Source: Macrostomum lignano (lineage: Eukaryota). Taken from it: a stretch of 62,900 nucleotides of DNA. This document shows positions 9,247 through 20,912 of the stretch, piece by piece. The stretch covers positions 1 to 62,900 of the forward strand of contig NIVC01004047.1 in NCBI GenBank assembly GCA_002269645.1. The letters are read 5' to 3'. Position numbers and translations under genes: made by a program. Below the pieces are notes generated by a model. The model saw only the letters and a list, made by a program, of their open reading frames with translations, did no database searches and was not told where the DNA came from. Each line of letters starts with the position of its first letter. Within the stretch, counting starts at the first letter, position 1.

Positions 9247-12200
9247 TCACAGTGGCTGTTTCTCTTCATAGGCTGGCGGCGGAGCAGAAGGCGTGGCGGC
9301 AGCCTGGTGCGGAGCTGCTCCCGAGTAATAGGCGCTCTGCGGGGGGCCAGGGATTAAGTGCGTCGCCTTGATAATGAAGACAGGACCAGCTGATGAGGAC
9401 TTGATAATGAAGACAGGATCAACTGATGAGGACTTGATAATGAAGACAGGATCAGCTGATGAGGACTTGATAATGAAGACAGGACCAGCTGATGAGGACT
9501 TGATAATGAAGACAGGATCAACTGATGAGGACTTGATAATGAAGACAGGATCAGCTGATGAGGACTTGATAATGAAGACAGGACCAGCTGATGAGGACTT
9601 GATAATGAAGACAGGATCAGCTGATGAGGACTTGATAATGAAGACACATGACCAGCTGATGAGGACTTGATAATGAAGACACATGACCAGCTGATGAGGA
9701 CTTGATAATGAAGGCAGGACAAGGAACAACTCATTAAGAACTAAATTAAAGGTAAAAATGACAACTTGGGACAAAACCAACCTGAACAGGCGGATAGCTC
9801 TGCTGCTGCGGCGGATACGGCGGCTGCTGCTGCTGCGGCGGATACGGCGGCGGCTGCTGCTGCTGCTGCGGACCCGGATATGGCGGCGGCGGAGCGGCTC
9901 CAGGATAGGGCGGCGGAGCCGGCGTCATGTACACATAATTAGGCGGCGGAGGGCCGAAAGCGTCGTGGCACGGTACAAAGCCGTAGTTGGGGCCTTCGGC
10001 AGCGTATTGGGCAGGCGGAGGGCAGTACAGCTGGGTGGGATCGTAGGCCGAGTAAGGCGGCGGAGCCTGCAAAATATAGTGTGAAGTTGCGCCATGGAGC
10101 ATACTGTATTTAGTTGGCTATTAGACTTTTGGGCTTAAATAGGACGGAATTGTCACGGGAACCTTCGTTTCCTAGCAACTATTTTGAGTCTATTTATTTG
10201 GGAGCAAAAGCCATTTTCGGTATTTTTGGCATTTTTAATGAAAAGTTCTTTACTCCGTCTCGAGTGTGTGTGGGGGTGGAGGGAAGGGGCCGTAGCCCTG
10301 GCGTCTGGCGCGGCGCTCTGATGTGCCAGCGGCCCAGGTTCGATTCCCATCCCAGTGCAGTCGCATTAATTTGGGGCTAATTTGGAATCTTGGCTTGGCT
10401 CTGCTCGTACAATTAACGCCCTTGAGGGCCAACCCCCAAGGCACAGTGAAGAGTACGTTCTCAGGGGAGTCGGTGGAATGGACAGTAATGCCTCTCGCCG
10501 GTTATGCGACAAGCCCCCTCAAGGTGCACTCAGCCCCCTGCCTCTAATAAACAACACTCCGTTGTGTATTTTTTCCTGGAAAAAAACTAGCTCCTCAAAA
10601 TGGTTTCTAATAATCAAAGTGACCCATCAGACTGTGTGAGGTTGTACCTGATCAGGGTCAGTCAATCAGCATCTATCAGTCAAAGCTCCCCCCAGTCGGT
10701 CTCAATAACCCGCTAAGCTGTTCTCACCTGAAAGCCGTGCCTATTAGCATTGGCTCGCCGGCCAGCCTCAAGCAGGCACTGGGCGAATTCAATAGCGCCG
10801 CCTTTGTTAAAAGTGACGCTGAAATGCGCCATGCCAGTGAAACCGCCGTCAGGCTCTGGCGTTGCCTTGCCTTCAATCCGGTTGGCGCCGAATATTGGCT
10901 GCTTAACCTCCACCTGCTTCATGTTGAGCAGCGGCATTGACATTGAGTGCACTTGACCAGACTTGCACAGGCAGATGGTCTGCAAGTTGGATGACATGAC
11001 ACAATTAATGAGCACTGAACTCAAATTCATCAGCTATGGTGACTGTTAATGCGTACCCTGTGCGATGTTAGAAACACAGAGCCTTTGCTAGTAGTTGAAA
11101 GCTGAGGCTGATTGTCAAACTTGAGTTGAACTTCGCATCCATCGTAGAAGATGAGCAGCCTAAAAGTTTATTGCAAGTTTAGCCAATATTTAACATCACA
11201 TGGATAATTGATATGGTTAGAGGAAAAGTAGAGATTGTATAATAGCATAATTATCTTGGATGGCTACTACAAGTAGCCATTAGAGTTTTACCATAACCAA
11301 AATTTCTAATATCTATATTTCTATTGAAATTTAATTAATTTCTTACAAGTATAACTTTCCCTAACTTTAATGATATTAAATCCTATGGAAATAGTACCTC
11401 CATCATACACTATAATATAACTAGGAAGTAAATGATGACAGCAAAGATATATTCAATGGTTTAACCTATCATTCAGATAGATTCAATGGTTTAACCTATC
11501 ATTCAGATAGATTAATTGGTTTAACCTATCATTCAGATAGATTCAATGGCTTAACCTATCATTCAGATAGATTAATTGGTTTAACCTATCATTCAGATAG
11601 ATTCAATGGCTTAACCAATCATTCAGATAGATTAATTGGTTTAACCTATCATTCAGATAGATTCAATGGCTTAACCTATCATTCAGATAGATTCAATGGC
11701 TTAACCTATCATTCAGATAGATTCAATGGTTTAACCTATCATTCAGATAGATTCAATGGCTTAACCTATCATTCAGATAGATTAATTGGTTTAACCTATC
11801 ATTCAGATAGATTCAATGGCTTAACCTATCATTCTGATAGATTCAATGGTTTAACCTATCATTCAGATAGATTCAATGGCTTAACCTATCATTCTGATAG
11901 ATTCAATGGTTTAACCTATCATTCAGATAGATTCAATGGTTTAACCCTAAGAATTTTAGAATTCTCGACACAAAAGCTTTGAAACTAGAAATTTACGCAT
12001 TCATTTTTTATTACTTTACTTACGATGAAACCAAATGCTCAATCGGTCTTTTAGCTTGTTATTAGGGCTACTTTTACTAGATATAAAGTTTTAGAAATAT
12101 TGTTTTTAATGCTTTTTATTTTGTTGACTAAATAAGAAAATATCACAAAAAACATTTTTGAAAGTCTGAATTGACAAATATGCATTTTTTACCTTTTTGA

Positions 12201-13570
12201 AAAAAAGAATTAATTTTAAGCCTTATAGGCCTCAAAGAAGGCTAATTTTTATTATTCTCAAAACAGAAAGTATTCTATGTTTTACTTTTTTATTCAAAAA
12301 GATGAAAGATTTGTAAACATTTCTAACTTTTTTGAAAAATGCTTTTTCAATTCTTATAGGAATTAATTTAAATGTGTTATCTAAAATCCAAATTAGGTGC
12401 TTAATATAAGCTTATAATACAATAAAGTACCATTATATTATAATTAAATATGTATCATTGTGGCATATATATAGGAAAAAGGAGATATCTCAATTGATGT
12501 AGATTGCGGTATAAGCTAAGAAAAGTGCAATGTTTAAATCCTCATAAGAATTATTATATCACTTGGCTTCTGAATCAAATGTTTCCTATAGGCTTAGTAA
12601 GTGACAAAAAATATTACAGTTAATATATTTATTATTGTTATTAGATTAATAAGCAGTATATATATTAATAATTAATAAATATTGATTCTATAAAAGATAC
12701 ATAGATCCGTGTGGATAAAATTGGAACTATTGACACAGCTATAGACTATTGGCCTATAGACTTGAATGATGGCAGCTATTTCAATAAGCTGCCATGGGGA
12801 TAAGCTGGAAATTATTGACATGGATCCATGTGGATAAAATTGGAATTATCAGTATGGGACTATAAGTGTGAGGATAAGTACTTCCTATTAGAAAATAATA
12901 TTTATTTAGTAATTTTGATTGTTGTAAAGTTTTTTTTAACATTTTACACATTGTTTCTTTCAAGATAAAACTATATACAGATAATTAATGCTATCATAGA
13001 TATTTTAAAATTCATTCAACTTAAATCAATTTATTTGATATATTCATTGCTTTTGAATCGCAAAATTCTTTTTTTGAAAAACTTGCTTTATTTTTTTGGA
13101 TTTCAATACCTGCTTTTATATTATTTAATTTGATTCAATACTAGGCTTACAGTTTAGGCCTATGACAAAAAATAAGAGGGCCTAATGGTTAAAATTGATA
13201 TATTTAGGCCTATATATTAACATCTACCTAATTTAAGACTTAGGTTTCAAAATTGATTCTGAAATACATAGGCCTCTTTTTTATTATGGGCTATACATGT
13301 ATTTAAAAGCTAGAATTATTAGCTCTTGTAAAACAAAGTAAAAATGGCCATAAATATAATATAGCATAAAAAGTTTTTTTTAAATATTTTTTATAGACTA
13401 TAATATTTATGATATCAATTCACTAACATTTTATACACATTTGCCTATTCAACTTAAATTATAGACAAAAGACAATCCAAACAATTCAAATATTTTTTAA
13501 ACAAGACTCACCTTTCTCCATAAAAAAGAACAACACCACCTCCTGTAGCATGGGCTTTGTTAATCGACAT
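9247..13570 (-). CDS. WBP2: WW domain-binding protein 2; exons 13570-13512, 11159-11057, 10979-10728, 10066-9782, 9336-9247
   Basis: MSINKAHATGGGV; GRAM-like domain (KGSVFLTSHR, VKQPIFGANRIEG, FNKGGAIEF); multiple PPxY motifs; all joins GT..AG and phase-consistent. Confidence 0.93.
9367..9715. repeat. 33-bp minisatellite filling the last WBP2 intron
   Basis: (tgatgaggacttgataatgaagacaggatcagc)n, about 10 copies. Confidence 0.96.
10287..10560 (+). mobile_element. Degenerate tRNA-derived SINE-like element in WBP2 intron 3
   Basis: B-box GGTTCGATTCCC at ~10337 in a tRNA-like head followed by an unrelated GC-rich body; ends uncertain. Confidence 0.5.
11452..11945. repeat. 30-bp minisatellite (ttaacctatcattcagatagattcaatggt)n in WBP2 intron 1
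   Basis: About 16 copies; each has a small CTATC-ATTCA-GATAG inverted repeat. Confidence 0.96.
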
Positions 13571-14675
13571 TACACTGCCGTATACTCTTTTAGCTGTAGA
13601 TCTTTTCGTGTTAATTAAACGTGACGATTTTGAATTACAAATCCAACTGCTTATTATCGATAATAAAGTAACTAGAGATTGTAAATAGGCCTGGTCCTGG
13701 AGCAAGTCTTAAAGTTATAGCTAAGCTAGCTAGCTATATTGAACCAGATCGACCAAAGTTAAAAAAATTTGTTACCATTATTTAGAAAAACAAAAACAAT
13801 GACTAATTTAGGTTAATTAGTTTATCAAATTTAATAAAATGATTTTTAGAATTTTTTAAAACAGTTTTTGTTTCTTTTAGTATCGCTATGATTGAAAATT
13901 ATGTGTAAATAGTTTTTAATGTATGCATTTAACTTCGTGGTTTTAGAAGAATTTTTTCATAAATTCATTCTTGAAATGAAATATAACAGAGTTGATTGCC
14001 TTTAATTAATTTTCTATAGTTGTAAATAGCGGTTGTAATGATACCATCTAATATAGGCTATGCGTATCCTTTTTAAACGAAATCAAAATAAATTTTATTT
14101 TTTACTACCTTCTATGCAAAGAAGTTAGTTTATTTACTCAAAGGTTCAAGAAACTTTAACAATTTGTTTTCTACGAGCCTATATGCAGACTTGACTTGCA
14201 CGCTTGTATGTATTACTTGCAACTAAATGTATTAATTGATTGATAATATAATGCATTAGATAATAGGTTACTCTAAGTTTCGTTAAAATTTCTGGACACT
14301 TAGTAAGATAAATTCTTGTACGCTTGTATGTTGCTTACGACCTTACGTTACTAGTACTAAAGAAACATCAAACACTATAGCAATAAATGAAATTTCTTTC
14401 TTTTTAAAACACAAATTGCCTGTTCTGTCCCGTTTTCTGTAGCTAGCGATATTTTGTCTATCTGAAAATTTTCACTAGACAAACCAGGAAAGTAATACAG
14501 AGCAAAAATGATGTGTTGGTCAAGTAAAATGCCATATTCATAAGATGTTTATAATAAATTAGCAGCAAAACTATGCATCTAAACCAGTAAAATACTCTGT
14601 CTGTTTTTCGTTTTCCTTGACACCAATCTGTAAATCTGTAGCGAGCGGTATCTAGCTGCTCAGAACAATGAGATA

Positions 14676-17600
14676 ATGTCCAACAGGTCGGCGCAATCAG
14701 CTCCGGAGGATCAGGACTTTGTTTGGGAGCGCGGCCGAAAGCTGTCGGCCGACACAAATAAGCGACGAAAGTATGTACTTATTGATTCTCGTTTTATTCC
14801 AAATAATCCAAAGTCAGGTAGTTGCAGCACAAAAAAAATTCCTAACCCTACCCCCCCCCCGCATCAGGCGCCAAGAGCAAAAGCAGCGTCGAGAAGCCGA
14901 CTCAGAGGAGAAGCGTCGTCAGGAAATACTGGAACTTCGACGCCTGAAACTGAAAGAAGCCACGGAGAAATACCAGCGCTGTAGAGGAACTCGGAAAGCT
15001 GTCGAACGGCGCAATCGATGTGAGTTTCCAACACTTTTGTCTAATAAATGTACTTTATTCGTATGTACGCTTGTATACTGTATGTTAGAGCTGCTGGCTA
15101 GCTGTTAATCTGTCTTCCACGAAAGGCAACACATAAGTTTTTGGCTTTTGAACACAAATCAGCCACAATCATGGGCTTATTGTGTTATTATCGCCCATTT
15201 TGCAAACCCCCTCAGTGTGCAGAGTGTGTACATGCCTGAAAATGAGAAAGTCAAGGCCGCTGAACATCCTGTGTACGTATTCGTGAGGGTGCGCCCTAAG
15301 TCTCCCTCATAAACAAGCTAAACATGTAGCTACTGCATGCCAGTGTGCTAGTCCGTGTCCCGGAACTTGCTGCTCGCAGACAATGTCCCCAGAGATATTC
15401 GACCTCTAGAACTTCTAAAAATAATGCACTATTACATACCATAATAATTTTATCCCTGCTGAAAACTACCAAGCAAAAACGTGACTTTTCTAACCATCCA
15501 CAGCGAACAGCGCAACCAGACACGACTTCGGCTACAGCAACAAGGAGCTGGAGGACACTCTCAGACTGCTGCAAGGCGGCAGCGGCGGTTTGCAGCGCTT
15601 CGGCAGTCACGATGGGCTCAACGGGCGCGCCGGCAGCGCTGGGTTCAGCCAAACTCAGCCAAATCAGCCGCCGCCAGTGCCACCACAGCATCAAAAGCCG
15701 CCGCCGTCCGGTGGAGCGACTGCTAGTTTCTTAGAAAAGTACGGCGGCGGCGGAGGCTCCGGCAGTCGTCCGATGTCCTCCACGTCGAACAATCGCGGAC
15801 AGCAACAGCAGCAACAACAAAAACAGCAAAACCAAAAAAGCTTATTTGAGCAGCAACTGGCTGACTTTCAGCAGAAAAAGTGGGAAAGCCAAAAGCGCTC
15901 GATGCTGGACTTTCAGCAGGATCTTGAGTCCACTCTGCAGTCGGCTGCTCCACCACCGCAAGTCGCTGAAGAAGACGAGCCAGCTGACGAGGACCAGCTG
16001 AATGACAGTCTGAACTCTGCCAGAACGTACGATCGCTTTGTGCCGGAGGAGACGCCAGCGCCGGCGCCACGCAAAGCTGCCGAGCCAGCGGAGACGTTCG
16101 AATCTTTCGATTCAACGGCCGCTCTTCGGCCGGAACTGTTTCGCGCTGCGGCGCCAAATTCGCCACCGGAGCCGCAACCAGAAGTGCCAGAAAAGTTCGA
16201 AACGGAGCCGCGAGGCATTCTCAAGAAGCAGACTTCCTACAGCTCTGACGGTGGTTCGTCCTCAACAGTTGAGATCCCCGTGTTCCTGCCGCCCCAGTCG
16301 CAACCAGCTGTCTTCAGCGAAGCTCGAGCAGGTCGCCTCCGTGACAGCGTTGAAATCTCGCGGGTAACGCTAAATCATCACCAGCAGGAGCCGGCACAGC
16401 CGGGGCAACAGGCGCAACAGCAACAGCAAGACGACGGTCGCAAAAAGAGCGTCCGATTTGCCGAGACATTGTTCGAGGAGCAGCTGCTGCATCCGCGCAG
16501 CCCGGAGACACAGCCTCCGCAGCCGCAGCCTCGCGGAGAAACCGCGTCGAACCGGGCGCCGCGTCCTACGTCCGGTCGTCCGACGGCCTCACAGCGAGCT
16601 GCGCAAGCGAATGGCGAGCAGCAACTGGCGGCTTGCGGCACTCGGATGCTGCAGGGCGGCCGGGCGAAGCTGCCCCAGACGGAGGCGACGCCGCTGACTG
16701 CGGAGCCGAGCGCGGACTCGGAGACACCACCGCCTCCGCCAAGTCCCACAACGACTAGCAACGCTGTCGAAGGATTTTTCCCCGAGCCGGCGGCGGAGGA
16801 AAAGCCGCGGCAGCGGGTTGAAGTTTGCATTCCAAACCAGGCAACTACGGAGCAAACTGCTGGAGCTCCCTCTGCTACTTCCGTTTCTTCTGTTGCTGCC
16901 TCGGCCGCCGGCGCATCAAAGCCCCCGGTGCCACCTGCGACATCTGGTCCGGGCTATGCCGCGCTGATGTCCAAGAAGCCGCCGAAGCCGTACAAGCCGC
17001 GGGCCCGGCCGGTGAAAGTGACTTCGTCCACCCTCAACCGCCTTGTAGCGTCGCCCCAGTCGGGTGCAGCGCCCGTTCCGCCGAACGTCGCGACGCCACC
17101 GTCCGACCAGCTGCAACCGCCGCAGCCTCAGCTTCGCTCCGGTCCGCTGCCGAAGAGGACAGTCTCCGACCCGAATCTCAGTCAGCAGCAACAGCAACAA
17201 CAGCAGCAGCAGCCAATCTCGCTGGATCGTACACCAACAGATCAGGAGATCGACTTCCTCTGGTCGCAGGTGCGCGAATGTCTCAACCGATCGACCAGCA
17301 GTTTGGCTACCGAATCCGACGCAAGCGTCCGCAGCGCCCCGGTGCCTCGAGTCCCGCACCAGCCGGTCGCTTCGCACCTGCTGATCGACGGGTCCAATCT
17401 GATGATGTTCGGCGGTCCTGGCGGCTCCGCCAGGGTCCACAGCGGCAGCGGCCTGCCTCCTCGGGTGGGCTCTGCGGCGCTGCTCCAGCACCGACAGCCG
17501 GCTGCCAGTCGCTTCCTGGAGCAGAACCAGCTGCTCACCGCTCAGCAGCGTCGCCAGGGTCTCGCCGGAGTTGCCGCCGCGCGCCAGCCTACCGCCGCTT

Positions 17601-20413
17601 CAGAGCGACCTCCGCTGCCGCCATCGTCGACGACAAGTGGCGTCGCGAGACAGGCTTTCAACGAACCGACAGCGCCTCTGCCGCAGCCCCGGCATTCGCA
17701 GCAGCAGCAGCAGGCTGGCACTGGAAATAGCGGATCGTTCGCGCCAGGTGAGGAGATGAGCTTTACCTGTTGAGTTGCTACAAAGTTAAGCAGAAGTTGG
17801 CTGCGGTTAGTACGCAGCCGAATCGGCTGATTGCATCACCCCCTCAGGACAGCCACAGTGAGAGATTGGTCAACAAAGCTGAGCTCCAGTTTTGATTAAG
17901 TTGCAGCTCTGAGCTGCTATAGAAATGTAATGTGCGATCAGCACTGCACAAGCGGTACTCAGCCCTCAGAGGAGACATTTGGGAACTGCGATTCGAACTA
18001 ACATTGGGCCATTATGACTATTCGTTGTCAACTGGTCTTAATCCCTGTGCATAAGCACCGCTCAATTTTCAAGTTGTATTTAACTATCAGTACGCACACA
18101 CACAATAAGAGATTTGCTTCATGTTCTTCGCTTGCTAGTCTTTAGTAGGCGTGTTTACAATAACCGCTCCCACCACCGCCTACCAACCACTTCAGTGAGC
18201 GACTCGCTCGCGGAGTTCCTGGCCAACGAGATGGCACTGAGCTCAGTCGATGGCTCGGCAAGCAGCAGCCCGCGCGGCAGCGCCAGCAGCCAGCAGCCTC
18301 CGGTCCAAGCAGCTCCGGCGGCTGCTCGCCCGGCCTCGTCTGTCCGCCGCGGCGTTATGCTTCGGCATCGGCAGCAGAACTCGCCGCTGTCGCTCAACCT
18401 GATGACGCCGCCGATGCCGCAAGCTGAGGCGGCGCCCGCTCAGGCAGCGTCTAGACAGCGTAAGTGGCTTAGGGTGGCAGTCTGCCCAAACCATAAAGCT
18501 GTAACCCTCGCCCTAACCCTCACCTTAGCCCTCGCCCTAACCCTCGCCCTAACCCTTGCCCTAACACTCGCCCTAGCCCTCGCAGTCCTTTGCCGAAGCG
18601 ACGCTATATTGCTACCCTAACCGCCGCCAAGCCTTTTCTGGCTCCAAGTTCATCATTTGGAGCCAGAAAGCGTCAATTTTCGAGTGGCAACTCTCATCTT
18701 TATTGCAGAAATCTTCATTTTGACAAATGGATCGTCATTTAATCGCCTTGGCGCTTTTTGTCTCGTCCTTTGAGTAGTTCTAACTAAAATTATATATCCC
18801 AGGGTTTCAAAAAAAGCATGAAACAAGAGTCCTAAACTCATGAATCACCAAAATCCATCAATTCCCTACTCCCAATTACAGAGCAGCCTTCGCAACTGTC
18901 GCTAGAAGAGCAACGACTAATGAAATCGTTGGACCGATTGAACACAAAACTGGGAAGGTGAGAGCTCTGAGAGTCTCAGAATTTAGTATAGCAAAGCAAT
19001 AAATTATGATAAGATAGATAATTAATAAGCTCGATTTGAAGCTGAAGATTAGCCAGTTTCCATCAATTTACTTCGCAGAAATTACATGTATTTTGCTTTG
19101 TTACTACTTATTATCTGTAACAGAAAATTAGTATGCACGCACATTTTTTCTACTTATACATGAATCGTATGATTCCCAGGATAAATGCCATTGTAATAAA
19201 AGAAACCAGGTTACTGTAAATTTAAATAAATTCAAATGTTCGCCAACAGATTTCGTTAAACAAATTTAAACATCTATAATATATTTGGTTTGAAACCCAT
19301 TCAGGACTTAGAACATTCTGAGTGGCTAAATCCTGAAAAATATTATAACTAATAAGCATTAAAAAGTAATTTCTGCTGCTGTCATGCAATAAAACAAAAC
19401 AATGAGAATGAGAATTTCGGCACGCTTCGTATCAGCATGAAAATCTAAAGATGATAATTATGTACCACCTTTGAATTTCAGTGACCGGTCATAGCCATGA
19501 AGCTGGTGTCAAGTAAAACCTCAATTTGGCTGCCACCAATTACTTTGATTGATTCAGAATTTAATATGAAAAATCGAATATGTATCAGATGTATCTTAGA
19601 AAGATCAAAATCAAACAATTTGCCTTAAATATCAATTTGTGCCTATCCAACTATATTTTCAGCGACTTTTAATAACATTTTTCTGTTATTAATTGTTTTT
19701 TATTTGCTGCTAATCATTTTACTGATCAAATATGATATATTACAGTGTGTTCGATGCCTTAAAATTTAATTTATTTCTTATTCTATGTTGTCTTTTATCT
19801 AACCTGGTAAATGCATGTGATTTTCCGTCTGAGCAGCGCTTAGTCTTCTGTGTCCATGCAAATTATTCTTGAATATTTTTTACAACTTTTTTTCTCGTTT
19901 CGTAACCGGGTACATTTTCTAAGAAAGCCATGGAAGATTAAATTGACTTCACATATGGTACCAACAAGGCTATTCCGTATTCATGAATGTGTTTTTTATT
20001 ATTTAGTTATCTACTTTATAATGGAAAAGATTGATTTATTCCTGGTAATGAACTCTAATCTTGTTCTCAAATTGACTTTCTTCTTTAAAGTGCTGTGCCT
20101 GTTTGTATATTGTGCATTTTATGTCTGCCTTAATACCCAACAATTATGTCACATATCTTTGTGTGTAATTTTTTTTGCGAAACCTGTTCGAAATTTATTG
20201 TGATTTATAAAGAAATACGAAGTAGACACTCCATATTTACGAGAAAGCTCTGCATGTAGCGGTCAATACATGGAATCAGGGTTGCATATCGACTTTAAAG
20301 AGTGCACGAGCTACTTACAACTTCAATAGTTTTAACTTTACTTGGTTTTTTCGTCTAACAGGCTAAAACACAGTCTGTCAGAAGAACTACAAGAGTATGA
20401 GCTAGAAATATGA
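14676..20413 (+). CDS. CEP126: Centrosomal protein CEP126/KIAA1377-like; exons 14676-14770, 14868-15019, 15504-17747, 18196-18459, 18882-18957, probable last exon 20362-20413
   Basis: RGRKLSADTNKRRK..ILELRRLKLKEATEKYQR, TPTDQEIDFLWSQVRECL, VSDSLAEFLANE, LSLEEQRLMKSLDRLN resemble recalled CEP126 conserved blocks; phase-consistent splice sites; last exon less certain. Confidence 0.8.
18502..18625. repeat. Degenerate telomere-like (taaccctcgccc)n tract in CEP126 intron 4
   Basis: CCCTAA-related 6/12-mer repeats starting ~42 nt after the donor. Confidence 0.8.
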
Positions 20414-20912
20414 GTTAGCTCTTACTTTATTTTAGTTTACTTTAGTTTTTAGTTTCTAGGCCTTTCTATTGTTTAATTTTCTAAATAACTAAGAGAAATA
20501 ATGCGCCAAACTTTCTACTCTTAGTAGGCTATAAATAAAATAACGATTTATTCTTTCACACTACATCTCTGCTGGAGAGAAGATTCTAGAAAGTTTATAC
20601 AGATTTCCACATATGGAAACTGGATGCGTGACGGAGAATACGAGCTAAAGAAACTCTGCTTAAGCTGCTCAAGAATTTACAAGGTCGAGGCAGAGTTTGC
20701 TCAACAATTCCAGCTCTGCGAGTGTATTCAATCCCTTACCCCTCGCCTCACTCTATTGTTCCGAGCAACTGCAAACACAAGAGAAATATGAGAGAGCAAA
20801 AAAAACTAGAATAAGCCAGGAGAAGCCGAGCTAGTTCGCATCAAGCATCTTCTGCTCTGCTTGTGCTTGCTTTCAAAACAGTTGAGTCTGTCCATAGTGG
20901 CAAACCGAAAGC

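Noticed and set aside
12781-12963. Weak resemblance (GSTYPHTYSPIL) to the WBP2 GTVYLTPYRVIF motif, suggesting an alternative exon 2
   Set aside because: The true exon 2 at 11057-11159 matches far better; the similarity here is at chance level
15232-15312. Mini-ORF MPENEKVKAAEHPVYVFVRVRPKSPS with a kinesin-like VRVRP motif in CEP126 intron 2
   Set aside because: Only 26 codons, no further motor motifs, and no splice combination preserves the CEP126 frame
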